DNA of 64,000 nucleotides from Longimicrobiales bacterium (GCA_965248195.1 CBDFIQ010000002.1:480001-544000), one strand, 5' to 3'; positions 47,328 through 56,650 are shown, numbered from the stretch's first letter. Made by a program: numbers and translations. Notes: generated by a model from the letters alone, not told the origin.

Positions 47328-47960
47328 TTAACGCAAGCGACCACCACACCCCCCGCACGGGGCCGCACGCACGACCCCGAGGGCACTCGTGCGCTACTCG
47401 TGGAGAACGCTTTCCGTGAGATCCACGCCCACGGTTATGCGGGAGCGAGCCTCGACCGCATCCTGGCCAGCTCGAGCGTCACGAAGGGAGCGCTGTATCA
47501 CCACTTCAACAGCAAGGCCGACCTGCTGCACGCGGTCATCGACGAGGCGATACGGCCGATGGTCGTGGAGCGATGGTTGGGGCCGCTCCAGGAGTCCGAC
47601 GATCCGATCCGCACGCTGGCCGAGTCGACCGTCGCCATGATGGCAGAGGCCACTCCCGAAGAGATGTGCTGCGGGTGCCCACTGAACAACCTCACGCAGG
47701 AGCTCGCGGGCGTTGATGAGGATTTCAGGCAGCATCTCGATCGCATTGCAGACGACTGGAGGGCAGGCATTCGGGCCGCCTTCGAACGCGGTCAGGTGGC
47801 CGGAAACATCCGCAAGGACGTGAATGCGGCAGCAGTGGCGAGTCTGGTGTTCGCCACGTACCAGGGTCTCATCGGTTCGGTGAAGACCTCGCACGATAAG
47901 GATGCGGTCATGGCAGGTCTTTCGATGTTCCTGGACCTTTTGGAAGGACTGAGACCCTAG
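47325..47960 (+). CDS. TetR/AcrR-family transcriptional regulator
   Basis: GYAGASLDRIL..VTKGALYHHFNSKADL; GCPLNNL C-terminal motif. Confidence 0.92.
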   Translation: MLTQATTTPPARGRTHDPEGTRALLVENAFREIHAHGYAGASLDRILASSSVTKGALYHHFNSKADLLHAVIDEAIRPMVVERWLGPLQESDDPIRTLAESTVAMMAEATPEEMCCGCPLNNLTQELAGVDEDFRQHLDRIADDWRAGIRAAFERGQVAGNIRKDVNAAAVASLVFATYQGLIGSVKTSHDKDAVMAGLSMFLDLLEGLRP

Positions 47961-47966
47961 GACGTT

Positions 47967-47996
47967 CCCCACGAAGTTCGTCGTGGGGTTTTTTTT
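47967..47996 (+). terminator. rho-independent terminator after tetR
   Basis: CCCCACGA-agttcg-TCGTGGGG followed by T8. Confidence 0.85.
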
Positions 47997-48006
47997 GGAC
48001 CCGTAA

Positions 48007-48026
48007 CATACCGACTAGTCGGTTTC
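48007..48026. promoter_or_regulatory. second TetR operator upstream of the MMPL gene
   Basis: CATACCGACTAGTCGGT contains the perfect palindrome ACCGACTAGTCGGT (48010-48023); near-identical to the site at 47308. Confidence 0.75.
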
Positions 48027-49205
48027 TAAGGAGACGATAGGATGAGTGAGATGACGAACGGCTCTCCCGGACGCACGGACCGCTACACGCGCTGGGTAAT
48101 CCGGAACAGGTGGTGGGTCGTGCTGAGCGCCTTGCTTGTGACGATGGCTTTGGGCACGGGCATGTCGAAGCTGGGACTGGCGAACGACTACCGCGTCTTC
48201 TTCAGTGAAGACAACCCCGATCTGAACGCCTTCGAGGCGGTCGAGAACATCTACACGAAGAATGACAACGTGTTGTTCATCGTGAAGCCCAGGGAGGGCG
48301 AGGTGTTCACGGCGGCGAATCTCGAGGTGATCCGTTCGCTCACCGAAGACGCATGGCAGATCCCGTTTTCGACGCGGGTCGACGCCATCACGAACTTCCA
48401 GCATACCTGGGCGGACGGCGACGAGTTGATCGTCGAAGACCTCGTGGGGCGTGGGGAGATCAGGCCGGAGATAGTGGCGCGCGCCAGGCGCGTCTCGCTC
48501 GCGGAACCACTACTGACGGGACGGCTCATCGCGCCCGACGCGCGCACGACGGGCGTGAACGTACGCATCTCGCTGCGTGGTGAAGCCGTCGACGAACTGG
48601 CCCAGACCGTGGCGTACGCTCGCGGACTGGTCGCCGAGTACAGCGAGGCGCATCCGGAGTTGGAGATCCAGGTGGGCGGCCTGTCCATGCTCAACTGGGC
48701 CTTTGCCGAGGCGCCCATGCGGGACATGCCGGTCGTGATGCCACTGATGTTCCTGATGTTCATGATCACGATGGGGCTTTTCCTGCGTTCCGTCACCGGG
48801 CTGGTGGCGACGCTGGGCGTGATCGGATTCTCGACGGCGAGCGCGTTGGGAATCGCGGGGCACATGGGTGTGTTTCTGGATCCGACCAGCGCGTCGGCGC
48901 CCACGATCATCCTGACGCTCGCGGTGGCTGACTCGGTGCACGTCCTGGTGTCGCTGCTCCAGTCGATGCGCGCGGGCAACCCGAAGCTGGACGCTCTGGT
49001 CGAGGCGATCCGTGTCAACGCCAAGCCGGTCTTTCTCACCAGCCTTACCACGGTTGTTGGTTTCTTGACGCTCAACTTCAGCGACTCGCCGCCGTTCCGG
49101 CTTCTCGGCAACCTGACAGCGGTGGGCGTGGTCTTCGCCTGGATCTTCTCGATGACGCTGCTGCCCGCGCTGGTCGCCATCCTCCCGGTCAAGCAGCCCC
49201 GCGAG

Positions 49206-50581
49206 GGTAGTGTCCCTAGATTTGTGTAAAAGCGGATAAGCTGGACAGGAGGGAAAGAAAAACGGAAGCTCCTCTGTTGTTGTTCACTGTCACATGAACC
49301 CGGGAGTCCGGGTCTGCAGAGCAGGCTCGGAACCGGAGAGGAGCTTCCGATGCAAGAGATTGTGGAGATCGGTCGGGCCACGCAAGACGAGCTACGCGAT
49401 GATTTGCGCGAGCTGTTTCAAGGCGCGATCCGGCTGACGCTCGAGATGGTGCTGGAAGAGGAGCTGAAGGCCATGGTAGGTGCACGCCGCTTCGAGCGGG
49501 TGGGAAGCCGGAAGGACCATAGGAACGGCACATACCTGAGGCGGCTGCTGACGAGCCTGGGGCAGATCGAGGTCGCCATGCCCCGGAGCCGGGACAACGG
49601 TTCGCCGGCCGACGTGATCGGCCGCTACCAGCGCAGGAGCCCCGAGCTCGACGAGATGATGGTCGAGGCGTATGTGAGCGGCGTGTCACAGCGCAAGATG
49701 GGCGACGTCACCGAGGCGCTGATGGGCGAGCGTGTTGGGCGCTCGACGGTGAGTCGTGTGGCAAAACGGCTCGACGAGGCCGTGGAAGGGCTGCGCCGTG
49801 CGCCGATCGAGGGGCCTCACCCCTATCTGTACCTGGACGCCACGTTCTTGGACGCCCGCTGGGCCCGCAAAGTCGAGAACGTGAGTGCGCTCGTGGCGTA
49901 TGCAGTGGGCCCTGAGGGTCACCGACGGCTCCTGGCCGTCACGCTGGGCGCTGAGGAGTCGCAGCAGAGCTGGTCGGAGCTCCTCGAGCAACTCCAGGAC
50001 CGCGGCCTCGGCGGTGTCGAGCTCGTGATCGCCGATGAGCACGCAGGCCTGGCAGCTGCGGTCCGCCGCTTCCTGCCCGAGGCACGCCGTCAGAGGTGTA
50101 CGGTCCATCTGCAGCGTAATGTGGGGGCGAGGGTCCCCCACCGCTTACGCAAGCGCGTGGCGCGTGAGGTCTCGGTGATCTTCCAGACATCCGGACTCGC
50201 CGAGGCGAAGAAGCTCCTGGGCGAGTTCGGCGCACGCTGGAAGAAGGAGCTGCCCGAGGCCGTGGAGGTCCTGGAGCGGGGCTTCGGGGCAGCGACGCAG
50301 TTCTACGCGTTCCCCGAGGCGCACTGGCCCCGGCTGCGTACCACCAACAGCCTCGAGCGGCTGCACGGCGAGATCAAACGCAGGATCAAGGCCGCCGGCG
50401 CCTTCCCGGACCGGGCCAGCGCCCTCAGGCTCATCACGGCCGTCGCACTCAGGACCACACACGTCTGGGGCGACCGGCGTTACCTCGACCTCTCACTCCT
50501 CCAGAAACAGGAGGTCGCCCAAGCAGCCTAGCCGAAGGCGAGGAGCTTCCTCCGCTTTTACACACAAATCGGGACTTGACC
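49206..50581 (+). mobile_element. complete IS256-family insertion sequence (1376 bp)
   Basis: 31-bp imperfect IRs GGTAGTGTCCCTAGATTTGTGTAAAAGCGGA / revcomp GGTCAAGTCCCGATTTGTGTGTAAAAGCGGA; 9-bp TSD CCCCGCGAG at 49197-49205 and 50582-50590. Confidence 0.95.
49350..50531 (+). CDS. IS256 (Mutator) family transposase
   Basis: RNGTYLR.L.T..G.I, YLYLDA, IADEHAGL, QRCTVH, RTTNSLER..GEIKRR. Confidence 0.96.
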   Translation: MQEIVEIGRATQDELRDDLRELFQGAIRLTLEMVLEEELKAMVGARRFERVGSRKDHRNGTYLRRLLTSLGQIEVAMPRSRDNGSPADVIGRYQRRSPELDEMMVEAYVSGVSQRKMGDVTEALMGERVGRSTVSRVAKRLDEAVEGLRRAPIEGPHPYLYLDATFLDARWARKVENVSALVAYAVGPEGHRRLLAVTLGAEESQQSWSELLEQLQDRGLGGVELVIADEHAGLAAAVRRFLPEARRQRCTVHLQRNVGARVPHRLRKRVAREVSVIFQTSGLAEAKKLLGEFGARWKKELPEAVEVLERGFGAATQFYAFPEAHWPRLRTTNSLERLHGEIKRRIKAAGAFPDRASALRLITAVALRTTHVWGDRRYLDLSLLQKQEVAQAA

Positions 50582-50794
50582 CCCCGCGAGAGCGGCAGCC
50601 GCATTAACGCGTGGCTCGACCGCCTCAGCGAGATGATGGTGGTCCGTCACCGGACGGTCCTGGCAGGCATGGCCGTGGCCACCGTGGGTCTGTCCTTCGC
50701 GGTGACCACGCTGGAAGTGAACGACCACTTCTACTACAATCGAGCAAGTACAACACTCTGTGGTCTGGCATATGGCAAACCGTTGTTTTCGCTG

Positions 50795-52063
50795 TCACCC
50801 CTGGATCCTCCTTTCGATGTACTGAACGGCGGCCCGGTAGGTGTCAGGAATAAGGTGGGCGTAGGTCTCCTCGACGACCTTGGTCGTGTCACCTAGCAGG
50901 GTGGCGATCACATTGAGCGGAACGCCATCCTGGGCCAGCCATGAGGCGTAAGTGTGACGACCCGAATGCAGCGTGAGCCCGTCGCCTTCCCTCCCGTACT
51001 TGATCCCGGCCAGCTCGAAAGCGTCCTGGGTCCAGCGAGCCGAGGTGCCGGCCGTCACAGGCTGATCTCCGCGATGAGGGCTCAGAATCAAGTACCGCTC
51101 CCCGGCATACCCTCTGCGGAGGTGGTCTTCGATGATCGTGACGAGGCTCTCGGTGATCGGCACATCCCTTTCACCGCGCCGCGTCTTCGGCCTCCAGGGA
51201 TAGGCATCCTTGCGGGACTGGACGCGGATGAGCGGTTCGGGGCTCTCCAGAAGCACATCCACGTCGGTGCGCAGATGTAGAATCTCGCCTTGGCGCAGTC
51301 CGGCGAGGAACGCAATCGCGATCATCGCCCGGCTGGGGATCCCAACCATACTGCGGTCCAGGTCCATCCACTCCGGCGGAGTCAGGAACACAGCCCGTGT
51401 CGGCCGGATCTCGGGCATCTCGACGCCCTTCCAGGGGTTGCTACGGATCGCGGGCTGTACGTTGAGGCGAGCGAGCAGGTCGGCCTCCTCGTCCATAACC
51501 ATGCTCCAGAGTGCCCCGCACACGACCTGGCAAGCCCCTTGGCTGGCAGGTGCCCACGGACGTCCCCCGGTGCTTGCTTTCGGGCCGTGCAGGTACGCGC
51601 GCGCCTCGTCGACCGTCAGCTCTTCCATAGGGAAGTCCGAGCCAAGGTCTCTCTCAAGGTTCCCGAGAACCGTCCGATACTTATTGATGGTGGCCCTGCT
51701 GCGTGTGGCCTCTTTGAGCCTCAGGAATCGTTCGATCGCTGGCCCGAGCCGGGGGGAGTCGGAGCCCATGCGCCGCAGCTTGGTGGCGTCGCCGTTACGT
51801 AGCGCGGCCTGCGCGTCGGTGATGTGCATGTCGCCACGGCGGATCGCCTCAAGCACGTTCCAGTCGCCACGATCCATGAGCTGAGTCAGGACGGTATGAC
51901 GCTCGGTGGCCACATCCCGATCGCCGGTCCTGAGCGAAATCGCGAGCCGCCCGCCGTTGAACCGCGAGTGCCGACGGTCGAAGTAGGCGCGGCCAGCTCG
52001 CCATACGAGGCCCTTGGGGGCACGTGAGCGCTTTCTAGGACTCACTGCCCACGAGCTCCTCAC
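50795..52063 (-). CDS. int: tyrosine recombinase / phage integrase
   Basis: AGLRQGE (R), KTRRG (K), LHSGRHTYAS (HxxR), LLGD, TYAH (Y); likely start GTG near 52045. Confidence 0.92.
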   Translation of the reverse strand: MRSSWAVSPRKRSRAPKGLVWRAGRAYFDRRHSRFNGGRLAISLRTGDRDVATERHTVLTQLMDRGDWNVLEAIRRGDMHITDAQAALRNGDATKLRRMGSDSPRLGPAIERFLRLKEATRSRATINKYRTVLGNLERDLGSDFPMEELTVDEARAYLHGPKASTGGRPWAPASQGACQVVCGALWSMVMDEEADLLARLNVQPAIRSNPWKGVEMPEIRPTRAVFLTPPEWMDLDRSMVGIPSRAMIAIAFLAGLRQGEILHLRTDVDVLLESPEPLIRVQSRKDAYPWRPKTRRGERDVPITESLVTIIEDHLRRGYAGERYLILSPHRGDQPVTAGTSARWTQDAFELAGIKYGREGDGLTLHSGRHTYASWLAQDGVPLNVIATLLGDTTKVVEETYAHLIPDTYRAAVQYIERRIQG

Positions 52064-52280
52064 ACTCTTGGACGAAGCGATCGACAGCCTTCGGCGAGAT
52101 TCGGTAGTGTGCCTTGCCAGAGCGCGACACGTTCAGGACCCCGGGGGGCTTCAGGTGGCCTTCGTGGATCATCTTGAGCACGAAACCGGCGGACATCCCG
52201 CCGATGCGCTCGCCCGCCTGTTCCGTACTGAGCCAGTTGTATGCGGCCTCGTACTGCTCCGGGGTCTTCGTTCTGCTCAC
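52035..52280 (-). CDS. excisionase-like HTH protein
   Basis: WLSTEQAGERIG..AGFVLKMIHEGHL..YRIS..AVDRF; directly upstream of int. Confidence 0.8.
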   Translation of the reverse strand: MSRTKTPEQYEAAYNWLSTEQAGERIGGMSAGFVLKMIHEGHLKPPGVLNVSRSGKAHYRISPKAVDRFVQECEELVGSES

Positions 52281-52281
52281 C

Positions 52282-53076
52282 TCACCACGCCTCTACGGCT
52301 TCAGTGGCCCAGGGAGTCGGGCGCACGACCCGCTCCTCTGCGCCCCGCTCCACCATCCGCCGGAACAAAAGGACCGCGCTGTCTTGCAGTGCGCGTTTCG
52401 TGGGCTCCAGCGCGGCCCCGGCAGCGGCCCAGGCAGCGTCCCCGGCGGCGGCCCTGGTGGCGTCCACGGCGGCGGCCCTGGCGGCGGCCCAGGCAGCGGC
52501 CCCGGCAGCAGCCCAGGCAGCGTCCCAGGCGGCGGCCCTGGCAGCGTCCCCGGCGGCGGCCCTGGTGGCGTCCACGGCGGGGGCCCAGGCGGCGGCCCAG
52601 GCGGCGGCCCAGGCGGCGTCCGATCTGCGAACAGCTCCTAACCTCCCTCGCGCAGCATCGAGCGTTTCCATGTTTACGATCTCGGGGAGCGACTCCAGTC
52701 CCTCAGCGTCCGTGTCCAGGCGGGCCAGCCGCAGCCATGCGGGCGTATAGGTACGGACGATCCAATCCATCGCCATGAAGCCGCGAGCCTCGGCCTGGCC
52801 ATCGCTCGCCGTGCCGACGAGCGCCGGGATGAGTGGCTTCAGCCGCCCTCGTCGCTCGACGTCCAGACGGTCGTTGAGGTCGCGCCCGAACGCGCCGAGC
52901 ACCGGGCAGACGGATTTCGGTTCATCGCTGTGCGGCTCGCACGCCAGCCAGGCGACGGCCTCCATGAGGCACACGCCTTCGTCCGGGCCCTGGTGCGATC
53001 CATTTTCCAGCCTCAGGCGCCCGAACTCCTCCGCGCTCCGCCAGAACCGCGGTTCGCTACGTGTCTCTGTCATCAT
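52282..53076 (-). CDS. phage protein with Ala/Trp-rich tetrapeptide repeats
   Basis: GSH..P..G.CLMEAVAWLA.EPHSD.P..VCPV N-domain, followed by AAWA/AARA/AAGD/AAWD repeats. Confidence 0.75.
   Translation of the reverse strand: MMTETRSEPRFWRSAEEFGRLRLENGSHQGPDEGVCLMEAVAWLACEPHSDEPKSVCPVLGAFGRDLNDRLDVERRGRLKPLIPALVGTASDGQAEARGFMAMDWIVRTYTPAWLRLARLDTDAEGLESLPEIVNMETLDAARGRLGAVRRSDAAWAAAWAAAWAPAVDATRAAAGDAARAAAWDAAWAAAGAAAWAAARAAAVDATRAAAGDAAWAAAGAALEPTKRALQDSAVLLFRRMVERGAEERVVRPTPWATEAVEAW
52411..52621. repeat. 12-bp-period coding tandem repeat
   Basis: (GGCGGCCCAGGC)-like units, including a roughly 40-bp block GGCAGCGTCCCCGGCGGCGGCCCTGGTGGCGTCCACGGCGG repeated near 52432 and 52540. Confidence 0.8.
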
Positions 53077-53453
53077 TGCACCTCCCCTTGTGTGCAGTTC
53101 GCCATCCCTTTACTCACACACCAATCGAATGCGTCGTCGGCTGATCTCCATACCAGACTCGTGCCGCCGTTGTCGTTCCAGTGCATCCTGAAATGCTCCT
53201 GGCGCAACGTGAGTTTGCCTTTCGGTACCTTTACCTCCACGAACAACGTGCGCCCGTGGCCGGCGATGATGAGATCCGGTATGCCAGGCGATGTCCTCGT
53301 GCCGCCGCGCTCCTTTCTGTAGCCTTGCTCCGAGCTCCAGACGCTGAAGCCAACTTGGGTGAGCACATCGTGGATGTCGCGGCTGATCTTCGCCTCGGGC
53401 TTCAATGGAACACCCTCACATCCGACCCGCCGCGATCGACACAGCGAGGGCAA
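53073..53453 (-). CDS. VRR-NUC domain nuclease
   Basis: EAKI..I, PGIPDLI, FVEVK..KGKLT..Q..F, VWRS; true start probably near 53406. Confidence 0.88.
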   Translation of the reverse strand: MPSLCRSRRVGCEGVPLKPEAKISRDIHDVLTQVGFSVWSSEQGYRKERGGTRTSPGIPDLIIAGHGRTLFVEVKVPKGKLTLRQEHFRMHWNDNGGTSLVWRSADDAFDWCVSKGMANCTQGEVQ

Positions 53454-53480
53454 GGATCACGACAGCGAGCCCGAGCCCAT

Positions 53481-53732
53481 TCATCTGTCTATGTTCTCCA
53501 CCACGGCCCCAGGGCCTCCCACGCGCAGCGCATCGACAAGCTCGCGCCGCTTCGATTCCAGGCCGTCGAGCCGCGAGAGCGAGGTGTCCACACACGTCTG
53601 AGCGAGGTCGCGGAACCCCACCGCGCTTTCGGCCAGCTGTGCGTTGTGCACCTCGGCCCTCCACCAGCCGACGGCCGTGAAGAGCAGACCCGAGAGCAGC
53701 AGGAACCGTTTCAGCGCTTCGACGTCGATCAT
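53481..53732 (-). CDS. small phage membrane protein
   Basis: N-terminal TM segment, in the co-directional phage operon. Confidence 0.55.
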   Translation of the reverse strand: MIDVEALKRFLLLSGLLFTAVGWWRAEVHNAQLAESAVGFRDLAQTCVDTSLSRLDGLESKRRELVDALRVGGPGAVVENIDR

Positions 53733-53783
53733 CTTTCAGAGGCCATCGTCTGGGTCTCCTTCTTCGTGGGTTCGGCGTGCGCG

Positions 53784-53885
53784 TCAGCCTTCATGGGTCT
53801 TCTTATCGGTCCAGAGCAGCGCCGCGATCAGCACCAACACGCCGCCGAGGACCAGGGCTCCGGAAAGAAATTTCAGGTAGAGCAT
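53784..53885 (-). CDS. possible 33-aa single-TM phage peptide
   Basis: Manual translation MLYLKFLSGALVLGGVLVLIAALLWTDKKTHEG. Confidence 0.4.
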   Translation of the reverse strand: MLYLKFLSGALVLGGVLVLIAALLWTDKKTHEG

Positions 53886-54013
53886 TCAGTGCACCGTCCA
53901 CGGGTTCGGTGTCTTCACTCGCTTCAGGCTCCGGAGCCACTTCCTCCATTTCTGGAGCCTCGATAGACTGGGGGGGATTCTTGTGCCTGAGAATTCGACT
54001 GGCTGTAGCTGAA

Positions 54014-54085
54014 TAGCGGGGGGCGGACTCGAACCGCCGACCTTCGGGTTATGGGCCCGACGAGCTGCCGCTGCTCTACCCCGCA
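54014..54085 (-). tRNA. tRNA-Met(CAT), initiator (fMet) type, CCA not encoded
   Basis: TGCGGGG-TA-GAGC..GCTC-G-TCGGG-CCCATAA-CCCGA-AGGTC-GGCGG-TTCGAGT-CCGCC-CCCCGCT-A: full cloverleaf, unpaired 1:72, A11:U24, GGG/CCC in the anticodon stem. Confidence 0.93.
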
Positions 54086-54164
54086 TATATCACCCGCCGT
54101 CGCCGGTCGCCACCAAGCCGTGCCGATTTATCACCTCGCACTCTCCGGCCTCTGGGGGGTGTAT

Positions 54165-55151
54165 TCACGCGGGCTGCGCGTCCAGCGCCCGCTTCTGTAG
54201 GTCCACGATCGCCTCGCGGATTGCACGGCCCTGCTTCTGCTCGATGGCCACGTCCAGTTCGTCTGCTTCCTGGTCCGTGACTACGGGTGTCCCGCCGAGC
54301 GTGTCGAGCAGTTCTTTCAACTGCCGCACCTCGCCCCGTGTCGGTGGCTTGTCGAGATCCTCGTCCTTGTCCGGGCTCCCTGCGAGGTCCTCCGCCATGC
54401 GCTCGGACTTCGACGGGAGCGGCTCGCTGCCGATGACCTCGGCAGGCGTGAGTGAGCCCGTCGATACCGCGTCGTCCTTGGCGATCGCGCGCTCTAGCTC
54501 GGTGCTCATCGGGAGAGATTTGCAGAGGCGCCGGACGGCGGACTTCTTCCACATCTCCGACTCCCAATCGACCCACGGCCCGCGTTGCGAGGCCTTCGAA
54601 GCGGCCCTGATCTTGTTCACTTCCTCGCGAGTCAGAACGACGAACTTTGAGTGCCCGTTGTTGAAGCGTGCGACCGCGTAGGCGTAGGTCAGAACGCCCT
54701 CGTCGTCGGGCCTGCCCTCAGCGGGCTTGTGCGTGAGCACTGGATCAAGCCCGAGGCGGTATTCGAACTCGTCGCCATCGCGTACGACCTGCGGGTCGAT
54801 GTCGTAGACGCGCCCGCCTCGGTAGACCAGCTCGGCCATGCCCCGATAGCCGACTTGGAGTTGGACCTCCTTCTGCTGCGTGTTCTTGTTGTAGTACGGC
54901 ACGAGGTACGCTTGGCCGAGCACACCGGTCGGCTCGAGCCCGAGCCCGCCCACCTCGATCAGAGCGAGTGCCATGCTCTCCTGGCTGCATTCGAGGAGCG
55001 CCGGATTCTTGAGCACGGCGGTGATCGCGACCTTGATGAGCCGCTCGGCCGTGACGTGCTCCGCGATGACCTTCTGGATCGCGGAGGCCTCGCCCTCGAG
55101 GAAGGTCTGGAGCCCCCCTACCATGTCTCTATTCGCTAATGCTGTTCCCAT
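54165..55151 (-). CDS. recT: RecT-family single-strand annealing recombinase
   Basis: LLECSQES, GLEP..LGQAYLVPY, QLQVGYRG..ELVYR, GPW..WESEMWKKSAVRRLCK.LP. Confidence 0.93.
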   Translation of the reverse strand: MGTALANRDMVGGLQTFLEGEASAIQKVIAEHVTAERLIKVAITAVLKNPALLECSQESMALALIEVGGLGLEPTGVLGQAYLVPYYNKNTQQKEVQLQVGYRGMAELVYRGGRVYDIDPQVVRDGDEFEYRLGLDPVLTHKPAEGRPDDEGVLTYAYAVARFNNGHSKFVVLTREEVNKIRAASKASQRGPWVDWESEMWKKSAVRRLCKSLPMSTELERAIAKDDAVSTGSLTPAEVIGSEPLPSKSERMAEDLAGSPDKDEDLDKPPTRGEVRQLKELLDTLGGTPVVTDQEADELDVAIEQKQGRAIREAIVDLQKRALDAQPA

Positions 55152-55160
55152 GAGGTCCTC

Positions 55161-56273
55161 CTAGAAAAACTTGGGCAGGAACCGCCGCGTGCCCGGCTTC
55201 GTCGTGGTGTGCTTCTCGAGCACTCCCTCGACCTCGTCCGGCGTAATCCCGCGAAGTTCCGCCATCGTGGATAGTTCGATGAACGCGGCCTTGTGGTCGG
55301 TCACGTCGCCGTCCTTCGTCTTCTTCCAAGTGATCTTGAAGCCGGGGCCGATGAGCGTAGCGAGTTCGCCCATCCTGTCCTTCACGGCGTTCTCGGCTGC
55401 GGTCTTCGCCGTCTGTGCTTCCTTGGCCGCTTCGCGGGCGTCGTGCAGATCGTCGGCTAACACAGCGTATTTGTGGCGACCGTCGACTGTCAGTTCGGAA
55501 TCCGGCTTGTGTTCCGGATAGAAGATGCCGAGCGCCTTCTTGCCGGTCTCGGTATTCATCGCCTCGGGCGGGTGCCGTCGCTGGATCCTGCTCCAGAACA
55601 ACATCTCCTCGTCAAGGATCTTGGCCTGTAGGTCCGCATTCGGATCTACCGTGAACACCCGGAACTTCTGGCCACCGACCAGCGTCGGTACGATCACCGG
55701 TAGGGCCTCCCCTGTGATGCTCTCGTAGACCATCGACTCGTGCTGGCACTGGACGATGTACTCGTCGGGGATCTCGTCGGTGAGCTCGTCGTCCAGATTC
55801 CAGCGCTCGGCCATCCAGGTGCCCGCCGTCTTGGCTTCGACGAGCGCAATCACCTCGCCCGGACGGTAGCCGGCGTTCCCCAGCACCAACCCGTCCAGAT
55901 GACAGCCGATGAAATCGTGGTCGGCGTGGCGGAGCGTGTCGAGGCGTGCCTCCTCCTCCGGCGCTGCGGGGCCTTGCCACCCGTCCGGGTGGAACCGCAC
56001 GACCTCGTCAGCGCGGTTGCGCCCTACGATGACGTGACCGGAGCGCGTGGCGTACTGCTGCAGGATCACGGGCTCGAGGATCAGCCCCCACTCGGCCGGC
56101 TCGCTCATCTCGCCGCGCTCTGTCAGCCCGAGCTTATCCAGATAGAGATCGAGCGGCGTGCTGCCCTCCCATGGACTGAGCCCCATCACCTTCGGGGCAT
56201 CCGAGCCGCCGATCAGGGTGCTTCGAACAGCTGGATCTGATGCGGGACCGCGTACGCTCGTCGCCGTGCTCAT
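55161..56273 (-). CDS. YqaJ / lambda-exonuclease family protein
   Basis: IGGSDAP.VMG.SPW, LYLDK, EWG..LEP.I, HLDG, VEAKT, IPDEY..QCQH; adjacent to recT. Confidence 0.92.
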   Translation of the reverse strand: MSTATSVRGPASDPAVRSTLIGGSDAPKVMGLSPWEGSTPLDLYLDKLGLTERGEMSEPAEWGLILEPVILQQYATRSGHVIVGRNRADEVVRFHPDGWQGPAAPEEEARLDTLRHADHDFIGCHLDGLVLGNAGYRPGEVIALVEAKTAGTWMAERWNLDDELTDEIPDEYIVQCQHESMVYESITGEALPVIVPTLVGGQKFRVFTVDPNADLQAKILDEEMLFWSRIQRRHPPEAMNTETGKKALGIFYPEHKPDSELTVDGRHKYAVLADDLHDAREAAKEAQTAKTAAENAVKDRMGELATLIGPGFKITWKKTKDGDVTDHKAAFIELSTMAELRGITPDEVEGVLEKHTTTKPGTRRFLPKFF

Positions 56274-56650
56274 CGGATCGCCTCCCACTCACGCACGAAG
56301 TCTTGCCAGGTGGGGCAATCCCTGAGCTTCACTGAGCGCTGATGCAGGGCAACCCAGGCCGCGACCTTCGCTTCCGATCCGTAGCATGAAGCCGGTGGCA
56401 CGTTTCTGAGCCAACGCAGGATGTACTCAATGCAGTGCCGGTTTCGGTCGTCAGCGCTCCGAAAGGTGCCGAACAGATCGCCCACGAGCACAGCGTATAG
56501 GAACGAGCCGACCGGCCTGCCGTGCTCCACGTATTCGATCAGAGCATCGATCGTGTATTCCGGGATTGCCACCCAGGCCTGCGGTCTCAGTGGGATACGG
56601 CCGTTCATTCCTCCTTCGGGCACAAGGGCCCGCTCCTTGACCTCATTCAT
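56270..56650 (-). CDS. phage hypothetical protein
   Basis: GGAGG RBS; IPEY..DAL..YVEHG.P.GSFLYAVL..DL..AD; ATGA-coupled to yqaJ. Confidence 0.7.
   Translation of the reverse strand: MNEVKERALVPEGGMNGRIPLRPQAWVAIPEYTIDALIEYVEHGRPVGSFLYAVLVGDLFGTFRSADDRNRHCIEYILRWLRNVPPASCYGSEAKVAAWVALHQRSVKLRDCPTWQDFVREWEAIR

Larger units (their letters stand above)
48042..50737 (+). pseudogene. MMPL/RND-family transporter interrupted by IS256 and truncated at the prophage boundary
   Basis: DYRVFFSEDNP, LAVADSVH, LTSLTTVVGF. Removing 49206-50581 plus one TSD restores VKQPRE-SGSRINAWLDRL...LEVNDHF; the second RND half is missing after about 50731-50737. Confidence 0.88.

Noticed and set aside
52014..52778. 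+ strand Gly/Pro- and Arg/Pro-rich ORFs (collagen-like)
   Set aside because: They are shadow frames of the Ala-rich repeat in the minus-strand phage gene that fits the operon.
54014..54085. tRNA as the prophage attachment site
   Set aside because: It lies more than 3 kb inside the element, between phage genes, with no partial duplicate near the integrase.
53886..54086. 66-aa ORF MRGRAAAARRAHNPKVGGSSPPPA
   Set aside because: It is a translation of the tRNA gene.
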